DNA from: an uncultured Rhodothermaceae bacterium
GTDB lineage: Bacteria > Bacteroidota > Rhodothermia > Rhodothermales > Salinibacteraceae
Length of the DNA stretch: 64,000 nucleotides
Assembly: GCA_913056335.1 (NCBI GenBank)
Contig: CAJXLX010000002.1
Location: 6,526-70,525, forward strand
Direction: 5' to 3'
Within the stretch, counting starts at the first letter, position 1. Each line of letters starts with the position of its first letter. A program made the translations under genes and the position numbers. Under the pieces are notes generated by a model. It had not been told where the DNA came from. It saw only the letters and a program-made list of their open reading frames with translations, and ran no database searches. Below are positions 9,519 through 17,868 of the stretch, piece after piece.

Positions 9519-11257
9519 TTAAGGGCACGCAACTACAAAGTCAACATCCCAATCTCCAAAGAAGTCCTGTATCATAGACCTTGAAGTCTGAGCTTGCCCC
9601 AAAATGTCACCCTCTATCTTGATATTTCCCGATAATGGTTTCCGTGCAACTCGAAAATGCATCATATTAACGCCGCGCGTATTTGCATAAGACGGCAAAT
9701 CAGATGTCCTCCGTAGCTGTAACGGCCAATCTCGTCAACCGGACGCTGTGAATTCGACACAAGTATATACAGAGGGGCTCCCGTGACACTGTCGGAAGGA
9801 AACATGTTGTAAGAGGCAGCAAGGTCGTCGATATGGGTCTGTGATTGACCCGAAGACATCAATCCAGAAGGACTTTCACTAAACTTAACTTCCATTACAG
9901 ATGTTATAACATTTAATTGTTCTCCATTCTCCATATCAAATGCGGCAGTTGAGTATCCGTCTACAGGGTTTGTAAGATGTGGGTGAGAGCCAGAACCAAA
10001 CTGATGTGTATGCGATGAAGAGGCATTAAATGTTGCGCGTACACTCTCCTCAAAGATATCAGCCATTGTGTGTGGATCCGTCGACTCCGATAGTTCACAC
10101 TCTTCAATGATCTGATCAGCAACTTCTGCTTTCGGCACAGGATCATCTGCCGTATTACACCCCGCATTCAGCAACGTATATCCCGCAGGATCGTACGGCG
10201 CGGCAATGAGCCCGCTGCTCGTGACCACGTGCCAGGTCGCTCCGACCATGAAGCCGGGCGCATCGTGAGGGCCGTCGTTTCCGCTGCCACCGCCATCGGG
10301 GCTATCGGTGGTACTGTCGTCCGTTGGTGGGTCGTAGCAGTCGGATCCACATGGGTCGTCCCCTCCGGTCGGAGGTGGGCTATCGGATCCGCCTCCCGTA
10401 CTGCCTCCACACTCTGACTCTTCCTCATCCGTGTCATCGCCCTCTGAAGGACCTCCTCCAATTCCATCATCGTCCCCCCACGGCGCATCGGGGAGCCAAT
10501 CGTCTTCCGGCCAAGTAGGGTCCCATCCCCCTCCTCCTCCCCCGCCACCGTCGTCAATGGCTATCGGGTCAGCGGTTACCACAACGTCATCACACTCCTC
10601 CGACCAGCTTACATCGTCAGGTCAATCCCCATCTCGCTCACAGTTGAGCCCGTTGTACAAGATCGGCGTTGGACTTTTTGGGTCGTCTGTCGAGGAGCCG
10701 GTGCTGGACCCGTCACCGGCATCGGGACGCCCCACCCAGTCAAGTACAAGATCGCGGGCCTCTGTGGTAGCCGGGATCAGGCATGTCGCCTGTCGAAGCA
10801 CCTCGTCCTGTTCAGTCAGAAGTCGGTACGTCAGGCGCTGCTCCCCAAGTGCCTTCTCGGCAACTGCTTCGGGGAAGGCCAGTTGAGCGTATCGATACTG
10901 GTACGGACCCGAGGTATCGCCTTCGGGGTGCGCACTTAACACGCACCCGTAGAGCCGTCCATCCGGGGCCACCGACACCGCACTCGATAGGTCAACCGCC
11001 GCAGCCTGCGGGCCATTGCCAATGGGACCGATTTCGAGGCCCGGCGTGCGCGGGTCGGAGTCGTTGTGCGGCACATCAACCGCCGTATCACATCCGGCCA
11101 AAGCCAGCAGCACGCCCAGCAGCAAAAGAGGGACGGCTGCCGCCGGACGGCGCCCCCATGTAGTTCGGGAGCGAGAAGGGGACGTATGAGGAGACGAGGA
11201 CGCAGATGGTGTAGCGGATGGTGAAGCGGATGGCGTAGAATGGGGGAGCACGGGCAC
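9519..11257 (-). pseudogene. Disrupted lipoprotein with acidic Gly/Asp/Cys linker and C-terminal restriction-endonuclease-fold (toxin-like) domain
   Basis: ORFs 10622..11437 and 9662..10582 are in the same frame, separated by a single TGA at 10622-10624. Lipobox LLALAGC (Cys codon 11090-11092). E...VDG...EVK...Q..H motif. A shifted frame from ~9707 continues TSDLPSYANTRGVN...FVVACP to TAA at 9519-9521. Start codon uncertain (GTG 11257 or 11251). Confidence 0.7.
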
Positions 11258-11574
11258 AGAAGCGTTGGTCGAACAAATAGGAGATCGGGGCGCCTGGAGA
11301 ACAACCCACCGATGTCGATAGGCAGGTCGTATCTCTGTGCTACGCGATCTCGTACAGACGACAACGCAGAAATGAACAGATGCAGAAGGGAGCGGCCCAA
11401 ACGCATTTCCATAGTAGCCCCCCCCGCAGATCTTCAAGTCTCAATTGTAACGAAGCTGCAAGCGGGGCGTTTGTCCTCTTTCGTCGCACTGAAGATTGCT
11501 TCCATCTTTGGCAACAATACGACAGCGTAGATTCCACACTGCGAGTCGGACACAAGAGCGTTCGGTGCCCCCTC

Positions 11575-11601
11575 GCACCGACGGGGGACCGTCGGTGCCA
11601 G
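11575..11601 (+). repeat. REP-like hairpin, copy A
   Basis: gcaccgacgg-ggga-ccgtcggtgc, a 10-bp stem; near-identical copy at 53463-53489 on the minus strand. May also terminate kgd. Confidence 0.65.
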
Positions 11602-11692
11602 ATGCTGAAGCCGCATACTCCACAAAAAACGCCGAGCCGTGCCCACAGGCACCGCTCGGCGTGTTCGTATTGCAGTATGGTTCAGCGCGTGC

Positions 11693-14600
11693 TTATACGT
11701 CGAGCACGTCGGCGATGAAGTTCTCTTGCTCGCGCTTGTGGACCTTCGCGGAGCCGGTCGCGGGGCTCGCACTGGCCGGGCGCCCAATGTACTGGGCCCG
11801 CTCTTCGCAGGTACCATGCAGCGCCTCCAGAAGCGCGTTCAAGCGCGGCTGCAGGAACGACCACGCGCCCATGTTGGCGGGCTCTTCCTGGAGCCACACT
11901 ACGTCCTGGGCCGACTGGTAGCGCTTGAGTTCCTCGCGCACATCTTCTTTCGGGAACGGATAGAACTGCTCAATCCGCGAAATCGCGATCTGGTCGCGCA
12001 GCTCCTCGTGGTCCTCCAGCGCGCGTACCAGATCGTAGTAGACCTTGCCGCTGCAGAAGACATGCCGCTTCACACCAAGGGGATCGGCGGTGGCGGGGAT
12101 GACTTCCTGCACGCCGCCACTCGTAAGGTCTTCCGGGGTGGAGACGCAGAGCGGATGCCGCAACAAGCTCTTCGGCGTCATGATCAAGAGCGGCTTGTTC
12201 GCGTCGCGCTTCACCTGACGGCGCAGCGCGTGGAAGTAGTTTGCGGGCGTTGAGAAGTTCGCCACGATCATGTTCTGCTCCGCGCACATCTGCAGGTAGC
12301 GCTCCAGGCGGGCGGAGGAGTGCTCTGGGCCCTGGCCTTCGTAGCCGTGCGGCAACAGCGCCACAAGGCTGGAGGTCTGTCCCCACTTCTGCTCCGCACT
12401 GGAGACGAACTGATCCCACACGATCTGGGCTCCGTTCGCAAAGTCGCCAAACTGCGCCTCCCACACGACCAGCGCGCTGGGCTCCTCGACCGAGTAGCCG
12501 TACTCAAAGCCGCAGGCCGCGTATTCGGAGAGCAGACTGTCGTAGATCAGTAGCTTGGCCTGCTCATCCGACAGGTTGTTGAGCGGCGTGTATTCGCTGC
12601 CGTCTTCTTGGTCGATGAGCACGGCGTGGCGCTGACTAAACGTGGCGCGGCGCGTGTCTTGCCCGCTCATGCGGATGGGCGTACCTTCTTGCAGGAGCGA
12701 CCCCATCGCGAGCGATTCGGCAAAGGCCCAGTCGATGCGCTCTTTGTCGTGGAAGAGGTCGCGGCGCTTCCCAAACTGACGCCGCAGCTTACGGTGCACG
12801 TTGAAGTCTTCAGGCAGATCCGTTAGCGCCTCCACCACGCGCTCCAGGTGGTCGTGGTTAGCGGGCGTATCGACGGCGGGCAGCTCCGCATCGGCGGTGC
12901 GCTGGGCCCGATCTTCGACGATCTTCTCCGCATCCTTCTCTTCAAGATCTTTGGTCCGCTCGAAGGCTTCTTGCAGGCGTCCACGGTAGTCGTCGAGCAT
13001 CTGCTCGGCCTCGTCGGGTTCGACCTCGCCGCGGCGCAGGAGCTGCTCGGTGTAGAGCTTGCGCGGGGAGCGCTTCTCTTCGATCTTCTCGTAGAGCAGC
13101 GGCTGCGTGAAGGTGGGCTCGTCGCCCTCGTTGTGGCCGTGCACGCGGTAGCACATCATGTCGATGACCACGTCCTTGTTGAAGCGCTGCCGGTACTCCA
13201 GCGCCAGCCGCGCAATGCGCACACAGGCTTCGGGGTCGTCGCCATTTACGTGGAAGATGGGCGCCTCAATGGCGCGGGCAATGTCAGTGGCATACGTCGA
13301 ACTGCGCGCATCCTCGGGCACCGTGGTAAACCCAATCTGGTTGTTGATGACCAGGTGCACCGTGCCGCCCGTTTTGTATCCGAGCAGCTGACTCAGGTTA
13401 AGCGTTTCGGCCACAACACCTTGCCCTGAAAAGGCCGCATCGCCGTGGATGAGCAGCGGGAAGGCCGTGTCGAGCGCCTCTTCTTCGGCAGCGGGGTCGT
13501 GGTTGCGCAGGCGGTCTTGCTTGGCGCGCACCATGCCCTGCACCACCGGGTTCACCGCTTCGAGATGACTCGGGTTGGAGGCGAGGGTCACGCGAATATC
13601 GTCGTCGGTAAAGCCGGTGAACGAGCCCTCGGCACCCAGATGATATTTTACGTCGCCGGAGCCCTGGGTGGTGCTCGGGTCGATGTTGCCCTCAAACTCG
13701 GAGAAGATCTGCTCGTACGGCTTGCCGATGATGTTGGCGAGCACGTTCAGGCGTCCACGGTGGGCCATGCCAATTACCACCTCTTCCATGTCGTTGGCCG
13801 CCGCATCCGACAGCAGCGTGTCGATGATCGGAATCATCGTTTCGCTGCCTTCGAGCGAGAACCGCTTGTGGCCGATGTATTTGGTGTGCAGGAAGCGCTC
13901 AAATGCTTCCGCCGCGTTCAGCTTCTTCATGATGTGCCGCCGCTCCTCATTCGACAGCGGATCGGCGTTGCGCATCGGCTCCACGCGATCTTGCAGCCAG
14001 GTCTTTTCGTCGGGATCCGACAGGTGCATGAACGCGGAGCCGATTTTGCGGGTGTAGGCTTCGCGCAGGATCGACAGGATCTCGCGCAGCGGAAGCATCT
14101 CTTCACTGCCCAGGCCGCCCGTAATGAACTCGCGGTCCAGGTCCCACACCGTAAGGCCGTACGTGGCGGGGTCGAGCTCGGGGTGGTACTGCCACTCGTA
14201 GCCGAGCGGGTTAACGTCGGCTTGCAAGTGGCCGCGCACGCGGTAGGCGCGGATCAGTTGGAGCACCGCCGCCTGCTTCTCCGTCATATCCAGGTCGTCG
14301 CCTGGCTCGCGCACGCCCAGTTGCGGCGTGGTGTCCGCCGACATCTCGAACGGCTGGTACGGCACGTTCAGGTCGGCAAAGACCGTGCGATAGAAGTCGT
14401 CTTCGCCCGCGAGCAGATGCTCGATATGGTTCAGAAACTTGCCGCTCGTAGCGCCTTGAATGACGCGATGGTCGTAGGTGGAGGTGAGCGTCATCACGGG
14501 CGAGACGCCCGCTTTGCTCACCACGTCGCTCGGGTAGCCGCGGTACTCGGGCGGGTAGCCAATGGCCCCCGCGCCCACAATCACGCCCTGACCGGGCATC

Positions 14601-15460
14601 AGGCGGGCTACGCTCATCGAGGTGCCAATCATACCCGGATTGGTGAGCGTCGCGGTGGTGTTCTGGAAGTCCGACAGCTGCAGGTCGCCGTTGCGGGCGC
14701 GAGTAATGAGGTCGTTGTACGTGCCCAGAAACTCGGCAAACGTCATGCTGCCCGCATCTTTCACGTTGGGCACCAGCAGCGTACGCTTCCCGCGGCGCTC
14801 AATGTCGATAGCCAGCCCCAGGTTAATTTGACCCGGCTGAATATGCTGCGGCGTGCCTTCCTCGTCGCGCTGGAAGGTGCTGTACATGTCGGGGTACTTC
14901 TTCATCGACTGCACCAGCGCGTACGCAATGATGTGCGTAAACGACACCTTTTCGCCGCCCACACGCCGCTGGTAGTCGTTCAGCAGCTTGCGGTTTTCGA
15001 GGAGCAGCTTCACCGGCATGGTGCGCGCCGAGGTCGCGGTGGGCACGCCCAGGCTGTCCTCCATATTCTCCACAATCTTAGCGGAGGCCCCGCGCATCGC
15101 CTGCACCTCCACGTTGTCGGCCACGCTGGGGGCCGAAGCTGGCGTGACAGGCGCTACAGCACCATCGCCGGCCGGACGCGCCGGTTGCTTGGCCACGTCG
15201 ACCGTGGCGGCGTCGGGAGCAGACTCAGACGCGGTGTCGGGCGCTGCCTTCGAGGCGGAATCGCTTTCAGGCGTCTCCGTCGATGTATCAGAAGAGGCAG
15301 AAACAGCGTCTGGGGCTGGCGTTGATGCAGCCACAAACGAAGCATCCGGCTCATAGTCCGCAAAAAAGTCGCGCCAGCTCTCGCTCACGCTCTGCGGATC
15401 GTCCAGATACTGCTTGTAGATTTCTTCAATGTAGCCCGTATTGAAACCAAGAGAACTCAC
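11693..15460 (-). CDS. sucA: Multifunctional 2-oxoglutarate dehydrogenase/decarboxylase, E2-like domain fused to E1 (Kgd/OdhA type)
   Basis: N-terminal GFNTGYIEEIYKQYL..P.SV..SW; acyltransferase domain ending TYDHRVIQGA; E1 motifs KRFSLEG, GMAHRGRLN, GDVKYH, NPSHLE, HGDAAF, WEAQFGDF, PHGYEGQGPEHSSAR; 1255 aa. Confidence 0.96.
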   Translation of the reverse strand: MSSLGFNTGYIEEIYKQYLDDPQSVSESWRDFFADYEPDASFVAASTPAPDAVSASSDTSTETPESDSASKAAPDTASESAPDAATVDVAKQPARPAGDGAVAPVTPASAPSVADNVEVQAMRGASAKIVENMEDSLGVPTATSARTMPVKLLLENRKLLNDYQRRVGGEKVSFTHIIAYALVQSMKKYPDMYSTFQRDEEGTPQHIQPGQINLGLAIDIERRGKRTLLVPNVKDAGSMTFAEFLGTYNDLITRARNGDLQLSDFQNTTATLTNPGMIGTSMSVARLMPGQGVIVGAGAIGYPPEYRGYPSDVVSKAGVSPVMTLTSTYDHRVIQGATSGKFLNHIEHLLAGEDDFYRTVFADLNVPYQPFEMSADTTPQLGVREPGDDLDMTEKQAAVLQLIRAYRVRGHLQADVNPLGYEWQYHPELDPATYGLTVWDLDREFITGGLGSEEMLPLREILSILREAYTRKIGSAFMHLSDPDEKTWLQDRVEPMRNADPLSNEERRHIMKKLNAAEAFERFLHTKYIGHKRFSLEGSETMIPIIDTLLSDAAANDMEEVVIGMAHRGRLNVLANIIGKPYEQIFSEFEGNIDPSTTQGSGDVKYHLGAEGSFTGFTDDDIRVTLASNPSHLEAVNPVVQGMVRAKQDRLRNHDPAAEEEALDTAFPLLIHGDAAFSGQGVVAETLNLSQLLGYKTGGTVHLVINNQIGFTTVPEDARSSTYATDIARAIEAPIFHVNGDDPEACVRIARLALEYRQRFNKDVVIDMMCYRVHGHNEGDEPTFTQPLLYEKIEEKRSPRKLYTEQLLRRGEVEPDEAEQMLDDYRGRLQEAFERTKDLEEKDAEKIVEDRAQRTADAELPAVDTPANHDHLERVVEALTDLPEDFNVHRKLRRQFGKRRDLFHDKERIDWAFAESLAMGSLLQEGTPIRMSGQDTRRATFSQRHAVLIDQEDGSEYTPLNNLSDEQAKLLIYDSLLSEYAACGFEYGYSVEEPSALVVWEAQFGDFANGAQIVWDQFVSSAEQKWGQTSSLVALLPHGYEGQGPEHSSARLERYLQMCAEQNMIVANFSTPANYFHALRRQVKRDANKPLLIMTPKSLLRHPLCVSTPEDLTSGGVQEVIPATADPLGVKRHVFCSGKVYYDLVRALEDHEELRDQIAISRIEQFYPFPKEDVREELKRYQSAQDVVWLQEEPANMGAWSFLQPRLNALLEALHGTCEERAQYIGRPASASPATGSAKVHKREQENFIADVLDV

Positions 15461-15775
15461 AGGCGGCCCGTAGATTTGTGGTGAAGGTTGTGCGGCGGCA
15501 GTGCTGTCTACGGCCTACGATAGCGGCCCCGCAAGGGTTCGTGCTGCGCTGTGCGCCCGCGCATGTTCATCTGGTGTTGAAAGCGGATGCGTGGGCCGGA
15601 CTGGCCTACTCGTTCGCTCTTCTTTTCAGATGTGTATTCTCGTTCCTCATAGCTGGCTGTATCACGGCCCCTGCCCACGCTGCTCCTGCCCACGGGGACA
15701 TCTCGGACGAAGTGCGCTGGGTGGATGTGCCAAGTGCAACGACCGGTAGCAGATCCCAAAGGCTGATCAAAGCCC

Positions 15776-15802
15776 GTAGGGACACGACGCGTCGTGTCCC
15801 TA
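15776..15802. repeat. GTAG-type REP palindrome
   Basis: tagggacacgacgcgtcgtgtcccta is a perfect 26-bp palindrome (15777-15802) beginning GTAG. Confidence 0.7.
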
Positions 15803-15862
15803 ACACAAGGAATGGGTTCCATTTTGCATATCCGCACCGCCTCTGCATCCCCCTTGCAGACG

Positions 15863-16085
15863 CTACAGCCGCATCCCCACAGCAGTTGTGAGCACATTGT
15901 CGGCGCTGCCGATGGCATAATCGGCATTGAGGCGGAAGATAGCGACGGTAACCGACGGTCCCGCCAGGACCCGCGTCTTGTTCGCCGCCGTCTGGCTGAT
16001 GTCGATGCCAACGGGTTCGTCTGTGCCGGGCGGGTTGAAGGTATAGCTGTAATCCATCTCGAAGCGCTCGTACTGCAGGCCGCCT
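15863..16085 (-). pseudogene. 3' remnant of an outer-membrane beta-barrel gene (DUF6588-like)
   Basis: GGLQYERFEMDYSYTF...NKTRVLAGPSVTVAIFRLNADYAIG...TAVGMRL shows alternating beta-strand pattern; no signal peptide or N-terminal region upstream. Confidence 0.55.
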
Positions 16086-16241
16086 GCAGCAGGGTGGTGC
16101 TTTGCATGGGCAGAGGGCGTGCTCGGCGCGGACGTCTCCGGCGGGGGGAGCTGCAGGAGCAGACGTAAGAAGCCCCACGCCTGTCCATCGCAGCCTTCAA
16201 CCTGCATATCCCGCCGTTTTCAACGTGCAGGCCCATTCGAT

Positions 16242-17369
16242 TTAGCGCACGAGCGTTACCTTACGCGTTTCCACCTGCGTGTCGGTGCGAATGCGAACGA
16301 AGTACGTTCCCGGTGCAAGGCCCGCCCCATCCAGCGTCATGGTGTAGCGCCCGGCTCCTCGCTTCGTGTCTACCAGGGTCCGCACGCGTCGGCCCAGCAC
16401 ATCGTAGAGATGCATCTCGACGGAGGCACGCTCGGAGAGCGCGTAGCGGAGGCGTGTGGTGGTGCGAAATGGATTCGGCGTGCTCTCAAGCAGCCTGAAG
16501 GCATGAGGCGTGATGTCAACGCGCACCACATCCGAGTACGCAAACGTCCCATCCAGATCAACCTGCTTCAACCGGTATCGCACCGTATTCGCAAACGGCA
16601 CCTCGTCATCCATGAAGCGATAGCGCTGCACCTCAGTCGTTGTCCCGCTCCCCGGCGAAAACCCCACCTTGGAGAAGGCTTGCCCGTCGACAGACCGCTC
16701 CACATCGAACCCAGCATTGTTGGTCTCACTCGCTGTGGTCCACGTGAGCTGCACCTCGGTTCCCCGCGTCGCGGCCTCAAACGTGGTCAACTCCACAGGA
16801 ATGATACCGCTGGTTTGAAGCGAGAGGTTGTCGAAGTAGCCGTCGTTGTTGGATCCATTGTTGCGATCCGTGATCAAGCGCACCCGGATGACGCGCGTTC
16901 CCACCGGCGCAGTACGTTCGTCACTGAGCAGGAGCCACGACGACGTGTTGGTCGTAGCGCCCGAATCATACGTGTCCAGAACGGTACCGGAACCGTCTCG
17001 ATATTCAAGGATGACCTGTGCCTCATCTGGAGAGGACTGCCCAAACGACCGCACATAGCCCGCGAAGGTGAACTGCAAATCGCCTGTGTCGATGTCGGAA
17101 GCCTGAGCCGAAACGTCGACATCCTGCCGCAGCTCTGCACTCGAACTCACGCCGGCAAAGAAGTAGTTTTGTCCGCTCTGGGCTGTTGGGTTGCTGTCGC
17201 GGTACTGCCAGTCATTGCCGTCGACCTCCGTCCAGTCTGGAATCTCACCACTCACGAGCGGGTCCTCAGCATCAGGGTTCGAAAGGAGATTCTGGGCTGC
17301 AGTCGGCGGAATACCGGCGATTGCAAACGACAGCAGCATGCATAGGAAAACGGGGCTAAGTCGACGCAT
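16242..17369 (-). CDS. T9SS type A sorting domain protein with N-terminal galactose-binding-like/carbohydrate-binding domain
   Basis: Signal peptide (MRRLSP...AAQ); NLLSNPDAE...YFDNLSL jelly-roll; PVELTTF...WTTASETNNAGFDVERS...YRLKQVDLDG module; CTD PNPF...YDVLGRRV...GTYFVRI...KVTLVR. Confidence 0.9.
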   Translation of the reverse strand: MRRLSPVFLCMLLSFAIAGIPPTAAQNLLSNPDAEDPLVSGEIPDWTEVDGNDWQYRDSNPTAQSGQNYFFAGVSSSAELRQDVDVSAQASDIDTGDLQFTFAGYVRSFGQSSPDEAQVILEYRDGSGTVLDTYDSGATTNTSSWLLLSDERTAPVGTRVIRVRLITDRNNGSNNDGYFDNLSLQTSGIIPVELTTFEAATRGTEVQLTWTTASETNNAGFDVERSVDGQAFSKVGFSPGSGTTTEVQRYRFMDDEVPFANTVRYRLKQVDLDGTFAYSDVVRVDITPHAFRLLESTPNPFRTTTRLRYALSERASVEMHLYDVLGRRVRTLVDTKRGAGRYTMTLDGAGLAPGTYFVRIRTDTQVETRKVTLVR

Positions 17370-17578
17370 AACAGACCAGGAATCGATTAAAAGAAGCAGA
17401 AAGAGCAACTTAAAATACATACAAATATATATCGCACTGTATTAATCGATTCTACACAAACGCAATGACGAAGGGGCTTATTCACTTTGAGTTAACAAAA
17501 CAAGACTTCAGGCTAAAGGTCCGCAATTGGATCTTGAATCATAGCCCACAGACGCGCACCACCATCATTCCCCGCACC

Positions 17579-17771
17579 TGTCATGCTGAACGCCGTGGCG
17601 CATCTCAGCGCTAACCTTTGGGAAGCGATGCCGCCGTACCTGCAGCGAGGCTTCGCGTGGCATAGGAAGGGGCGTGCCGAGCGTGCGGGGACAGATGACT
17701 TGGCATAGCGGAATGCGCTGATTCGAGCAACGCAGCGCGCCCGCCCGTCACGCTGCACGAACAGGCATGAC
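17579..17771. repeat. Degenerate TGTCAT...ATGAC REP/MITE-like element
   Basis: Begins tgtcatgctgaacgccgtggcgcatct and ends gcatgac; resembles the element at 39789-39976. Confidence 0.35.
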
Positions 17772-17868
17772 CCAAGAGCGTAGCTACGAAAAAGCATGCG
17801 GTACCGTCCATTTCTGCATGCCGCCATATCGCCGCTCGTTCTCTTTCTCGCTCCGCTCGCCGTTCCGT

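Noticed and set aside
10622-10624. Selenocysteine codon as the main interpretation
   Set aside because: No redox motif or clear SECIS; a Trp-type context and a second independent frameshift favour pseudogenisation or sequence error.
13445-15325. 626-aa plus-strand ORF
   Set aside because: Antisense shadow of sucA/kgd, a typical high-GC artefact with no recognisable motifs.
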